The position numbers were made by a program, and so were the translations under genes. Source: an uncultured Alphaproteobacteria bacterium (GTDB lineage: Bacteria > Pseudomonadota > Alphaproteobacteria > RF32 > CAG-239). Taken from it: a DNA stretch of 64,000 nt. The notes under the pieces are model-generated. The model made no database searches and was not told the DNA's origin. It saw only the letters and a program-made list of their open reading frames with translations. The stretch is taken from NCBI GenBank assembly GCA_944393215.1, contig CALXZL010000001.1, forward strand, positions 11,718-75,717, in the 5' to 3' direction. Positions 60,963 through 64,000 of the stretch are shown one piece after another (the stretch's first letter is position 1; each line of letters begins with the position of its first letter).

Positions 60963-61514
60963 TTAATTTTTCAGATATGAATACAAAGTAGGTCTGGATA
61001 TGTGATACTTTCTTGCCAGTTCAGAGAGGGAAACTTTTTGAGATTTTGCCAATTCTTTCAACTCAGCAATCTCTTGGGGGGACAATTTATGTTTTCCACC
61101 CTTATATTTGCCTTTCATTTTAGCCAAAGCAATTCCTTCTCTTTGTCTTTCAAGAATTAAACTTCTCTCAAGCTCAGCAACTGCCCCAAGCATTGTCATC
61201 ATCAATTTTTGATATGGGTCATTTTTACCTGCTTCAAAAGTCAGATTTTCCTTATGGAATTTTATAGTGACTCCTTGGGATGTGATTTCCTCTACCAAAT
61301 TCAGTAAATCTCTAGTATTCCTAGCTAATCTATCCATAGAATGCACATTGATGATGTCTCCAGCTCTGATAATAGAGAGCAATAATTCCAGTTGAGGCCT
61401 ATTTCTGTCCTTACCTGACAATTTATCCTCAAACTCCCTATCACATTTTATGTTGAGTAATTGTCTTTCTGTGCTTTGGTCTATTGTTGAAACTCTCTTG
61501 TAATTGAAAATCAT
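60963..61514 (-). CDS. serine recombinase (resolvase/invertase family)
   Basis: N-terminal catalytic YKRVSTIDQSTERQL with Ser nucleophile, …DRLARN…, C-terminal HTH LSELARKYHISRPTLYSYL; 183 aa. Confidence 0.85.
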   Translation of the reverse strand: MIFNYKRVSTIDQSTERQLLNIKCDREFEDKLSGKDRNRPQLELLLSIIRAGDIINVHSMDRLARNTRDLLNLVEEITSQGVTIKFHKENLTFEAGKNDPYQKLMMTMLGAVAELERSLILERQREGIALAKMKGKYKGGKHKLSPQEIAELKELAKSQKVSLSELARKYHISRPTLYSYLKN

Positions 61515-61523
61515 ATTGCCACC

Positions 61524-61620
61524 TGTAAAGTTAAAATCTTAAACATAACTTTACAATAAATAAAAACTGTAAAATTGTCAAGTATTTTGATTTCAACTTT
61601 ACAGTTTTAAAATTGTCAAA
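61524..61620. promoter_or_regulatory. inverted-repeat sites upstream of the serine recombinase (candidate res / crossover sites)
   Basis: TGTAAAGTT-N14-AACTTTACA (61524..61555); TGTAAAaTTG-N16-CAAcTTTACA (61568..61603); direct repeat AAAATTGTCAA at 61571 and 61609. Confidence 0.5.
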
Positions 61621-61685
61621 TCAGCCTCTACTCTAAATTTACAGCAAATAAAGCTACAAAAGGTATATTTTGTTGCATTTTTGCA

Positions 61686-62084
61686 TCAATATTCATCAGC
61701 AAGCATCACAGTCATCACTCTTCTAGTCTTGATGCTATCATATGGTGCTGGTGAGTGATATTTCAATTCAGTATCATAATAGTCAATTTTCCATATGATT
61801 TTGTAATTTTTGAAATTAATAATGCCAAAATCTTTCTCCCCATAGGGGTTGTTGTCATCATTAAAATCATCATAAAAGCTGATAGTTCTCATTATTTGGA
61901 ATAAGTCATAATTAGAAAACATTGACATTCCTGAAGAATACACAATTTCTCCATTTCTATGGAAAATTCTCAGCATATCATTGAGATTTTGCATTCTTTT
62001 TAATTGTTCTTGATTATACATAAAAAAATCTCCCTTACTAGTAAGAGAGATTTTAACCAGAAATTTTAGCTCTGTCAGGTCCAT
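61686..62084 (-). CDS. hypothetical protein
   Basis: 132-aa ORF between the recombinase and hsdR. Confidence 0.35.
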   Translation of the reverse strand: MDLTELKFLVKISLTSKGDFFMYNQEQLKRMQNLNDMLRIFHRNGEIVYSSGMSMFSNYDLFQIMRTISFYDDFNDDNNPYGEKDFGIINFKNYKIIWKIDYYDTELKYHSPAPYDSIKTRRVMTVMLADEY

Positions 62085-62095
62085 AAATAGATTAT

Positions 62096-64000
62096 TTAAA
62101 TGTAATCACTGACAATATCCCTAAATCTATTAAAGAAATTAATTATTTTTTCTAATACTGTTGTCCTCTTAATTCCTCTATCATTATTTTTGGTAAATAA
62201 AGAAACTGGGGGTAAAATTTTATTAATTGCTGTACCTGTTGTGGGTACAAAACCATCTCTAAAGGCATTTTCAATAAATTTATAGGTTTCCTCTTTATTT
62301 AATTTTTCCTCTTCTATAATTTTATCCAATTCAACTAATTTCTGTTGTCCCACATAGGTTTTCCAATCTTTATCAACATCTGAGCTTGGAGTTAGAGATG
62401 CTATAAAATTCATAATCAAATCTTTTTTACTTCTCAATTCCATACTAGAATCAACAGATTTCTCAATATTCACAATGATTTCTTTATCTTTTTGCTCACC
62501 AGATTGATATTTTTTAATAAGCATCAAAATATAGTCAATATTGATTTCAACTTGTTTTATTAATTCCATTTCAAAAACAATATCATCATTAATATTATCT
62601 TTGTCCTTTTTAGTTTTGTTTCTCCATTCTTCATATAATGAAATATACATACTATGGTAATCCTGAACATCTCTATCAGTTAAGATGCCTTTCCCCATAA
62701 ATTCATCAAATGAAGATAAAATATTTTTAACTCTTAAAATTCCACCATATAGTTTGATAAAGTCTTTTTGGGCTTGCTCACTCACTATCACTTCACCAAT
62801 AGGGTATTGTTGTTGCAATTCTTCTATTAATTGAGTGTATGGTCTAACAAACTTTCCTTTTTCATCATAATAACCATCACTATAATATTCCTTAAATGTT
62901 TTCAGTAAAACAATTCCACCTGCTTCTTTATTTCCAAACAGGGCTATGCTTTTATTGGTGGCATCTTCCAAATTTCTAAAGCAAACAATATTTCCATATG
63001 TTTTTACAGAATTAAGGATTCTGTTTGTTCTTGAATATGCCTGCAACAAACCTTGTGATTGGAGATTTTTATCCACCCATAATGTATTCAATGTTGTTGC
63101 ATCAAACCCTGTCAGGAACATATTAACCACAATAAGCAGGTCAATTTCCCTATTTTTCATCCTTAATGATACATCTTTATAATAATTTTGGAACTTATCA
63201 CTTGATGTATCATAGGTTGTTCCAAACATTTTATTATAGTCAGCAATAGCTTTTTCCAAAAACTCTCTGCTACTTGCATCTAAACTGTCAGTATTTTCAG
63301 GATTTTCATCATCAAAGCAATCAACACTGTTATCATCCCCATTGGGAGCATAGCTATAGATAGTAGCAATTTTTAATTTCTTTTCTGGATGTTCCTTCAT
63401 TTGTTTTTGGAATTCTGTATAATATAGCTTTGCCATATCAATACTAGCAACACAGAATATAGAATTAAAACCTGTTAATCTAACTTTTGCCTTAATTTCA
63501 TCCAAGGCTTTTTGATTTTTAGCAGATGCCATTTCTTTAATATTCTGGAGTTTGCTAAATTCATAAGACCTATCATTTCTTTTTGTTTTTTGATTAAAGT
63601 GCTCCAAAATATATTCAACCACTCTGGAAATTCTCTCTGGAGCTTGCAGAGCTTTTTCTCTATCTATATTCCAAACTTTGCTGTCAGCAATATTTTCTTG
63701 CTCCTTCATTGTACTGATATAATCAATTCTAAAAGGAAGAACATTTTTGTCAGCAATTGCATCCACAATAGTGTAAGTATGTAATTTTTCTCCAAAGGCT
63801 TGCTCTGTTGTTTTCAGCTTTGGATTTCCTCCCTGATAAGCATTTTCTGCAAATATGGGAGTTCCTGTAAACCCAAATAAATGATATTTCTTAAATGCTT
63901 TGGTAATATAGATATGTTGCTCACCAAATTGGCTTCTGTGGCATTCATCAAAAATCAATACCAAATGTTGCTTATATATAGGATGTTCTTTATTTTTTTT
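62096..64000 (-). CDS. hsdR: type I restriction enzyme R subunit, C-terminal part (N-terminus lies beyond the window edge)
   Basis: Helicase motif II DECHR, motif III GFTGTP, motif VI QAYSRTNR; the ORF is open to the window end. Confidence 0.8.
   Translation of the reverse strand, partial: KKNKEHPIYKQHLVLIFDECHRSQFGEQHIYITKAFKKYHLFGFTGTPIFAENAYQGGNPKLKTTEQAFGEKLHTYTIVDAIADKNVLPFRIDYISTMKEQENIADSKVWNIDREKALQAPERISRVVEYILEHFNQKTKRNDRSYEFSKLQNIKEMASAKNQKALDEIKAKVRLTGFNSIFCVASIDMAKLYYTEFQKQMKEHPEKKLKIATIYSYAPNGDDNSVDCFDDENPENTDSLDASSREFLEKAIADYNKMFGTTYDTSSDKFQNYYKDVSLRMKNREIDLLIVVNMFLTGFDATTLNTLWVDKNLQSQGLLQAYSRTNRILNSVKTYGNIVCFRNLEDATNKSIALFGNKEAGGIVLLKTFKEYYSDGYYDEKGKFVRPYTQLIEELQQQYPIGEVIVSEQAQKDFIKLYGGILRVKNILSSFDEFMGKGILTDRDVQDYHSMYISLYEEWRNKTKKDKDNINDDIVFEMELIKQVEINIDYILMLIKKYQSGEQKDKEIIVNIEKSVDSSMELRSKKDLIMNFIASLTPSSDVDKDWKTYVGQQKLVELDKIIEEEKLNKEETYKFIENAFRDGFVPTTGTAINKILPPVSLFTKNNDRGIKRTTVLEKIINFFNRFRDIVSDYI

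Noticed and set aside
1-64000. CRISPR arrays, rRNA genes and IS/transposase genes
   Set aside because: No evenly spaced short direct-repeat arrays were found. No rRNA-like GC-rich conserved blocks. No transposase-like ORFs or terminal inverted repeats. The only mobile signatures are the integrase island and the recombinase region.

Overview
AT-rich (about one-third GC by eye) bacterial chromosomal window. The EF-Tu sequence and operon synteny look alphaproteobacterial, and the ankyrin and hypothetical-gene content suggests an endosymbiont-type genome (Rickettsiales or Holosporales-like); that placement is low-confidence and not proven. Core content: a rearranged ribosomal-protein cluster (rplL-rplJ-rplA-rplK, then an anmK insertion, then nusG-secE, tRNA-Trp, tuf, tRNA-Gly and tRNA-Tyr); a peptidoglycan-recycling pair (anmK, murQ); a K+-independent H+-pyrophosphatase (hppA); dnaB; rpmH-rnpA-yidD-yidC-engB; leuS-lptE-holA; rsmB; ogt. 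Accessory content: (1) a ~9.1 kb P4-like integrative island in tRNA-Trp, bounded by 47-bp direct repeats and encoding a tyrosine integrase, a Prim-Pol/helicase, an XRE regulator and two candidate defence modules (a GHKL ATPase plus membrane-anchored restriction-endonuclease-fold operon, and a PDDEXK_4-like gene); (2) a ~140-bp conserved noncoding element present at two different tRNA 3' ends, each inside a tandem duplication of the tRNA 3' end and terminator; (3) a distal region starting at a tRNA-Gly(GCC) 3' fragment with an AAA+ ATPase, a serine recombinase with upstream inverted repeats, and a truncated type I hsdR; (4) a recurring GTGTACA-N-GTACAC palindromic element at four intergenic sites; (5) a DMT/DUF486 gene frameshifted at a T7 run. 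No rRNA, CRISPR array or transposase was seen.
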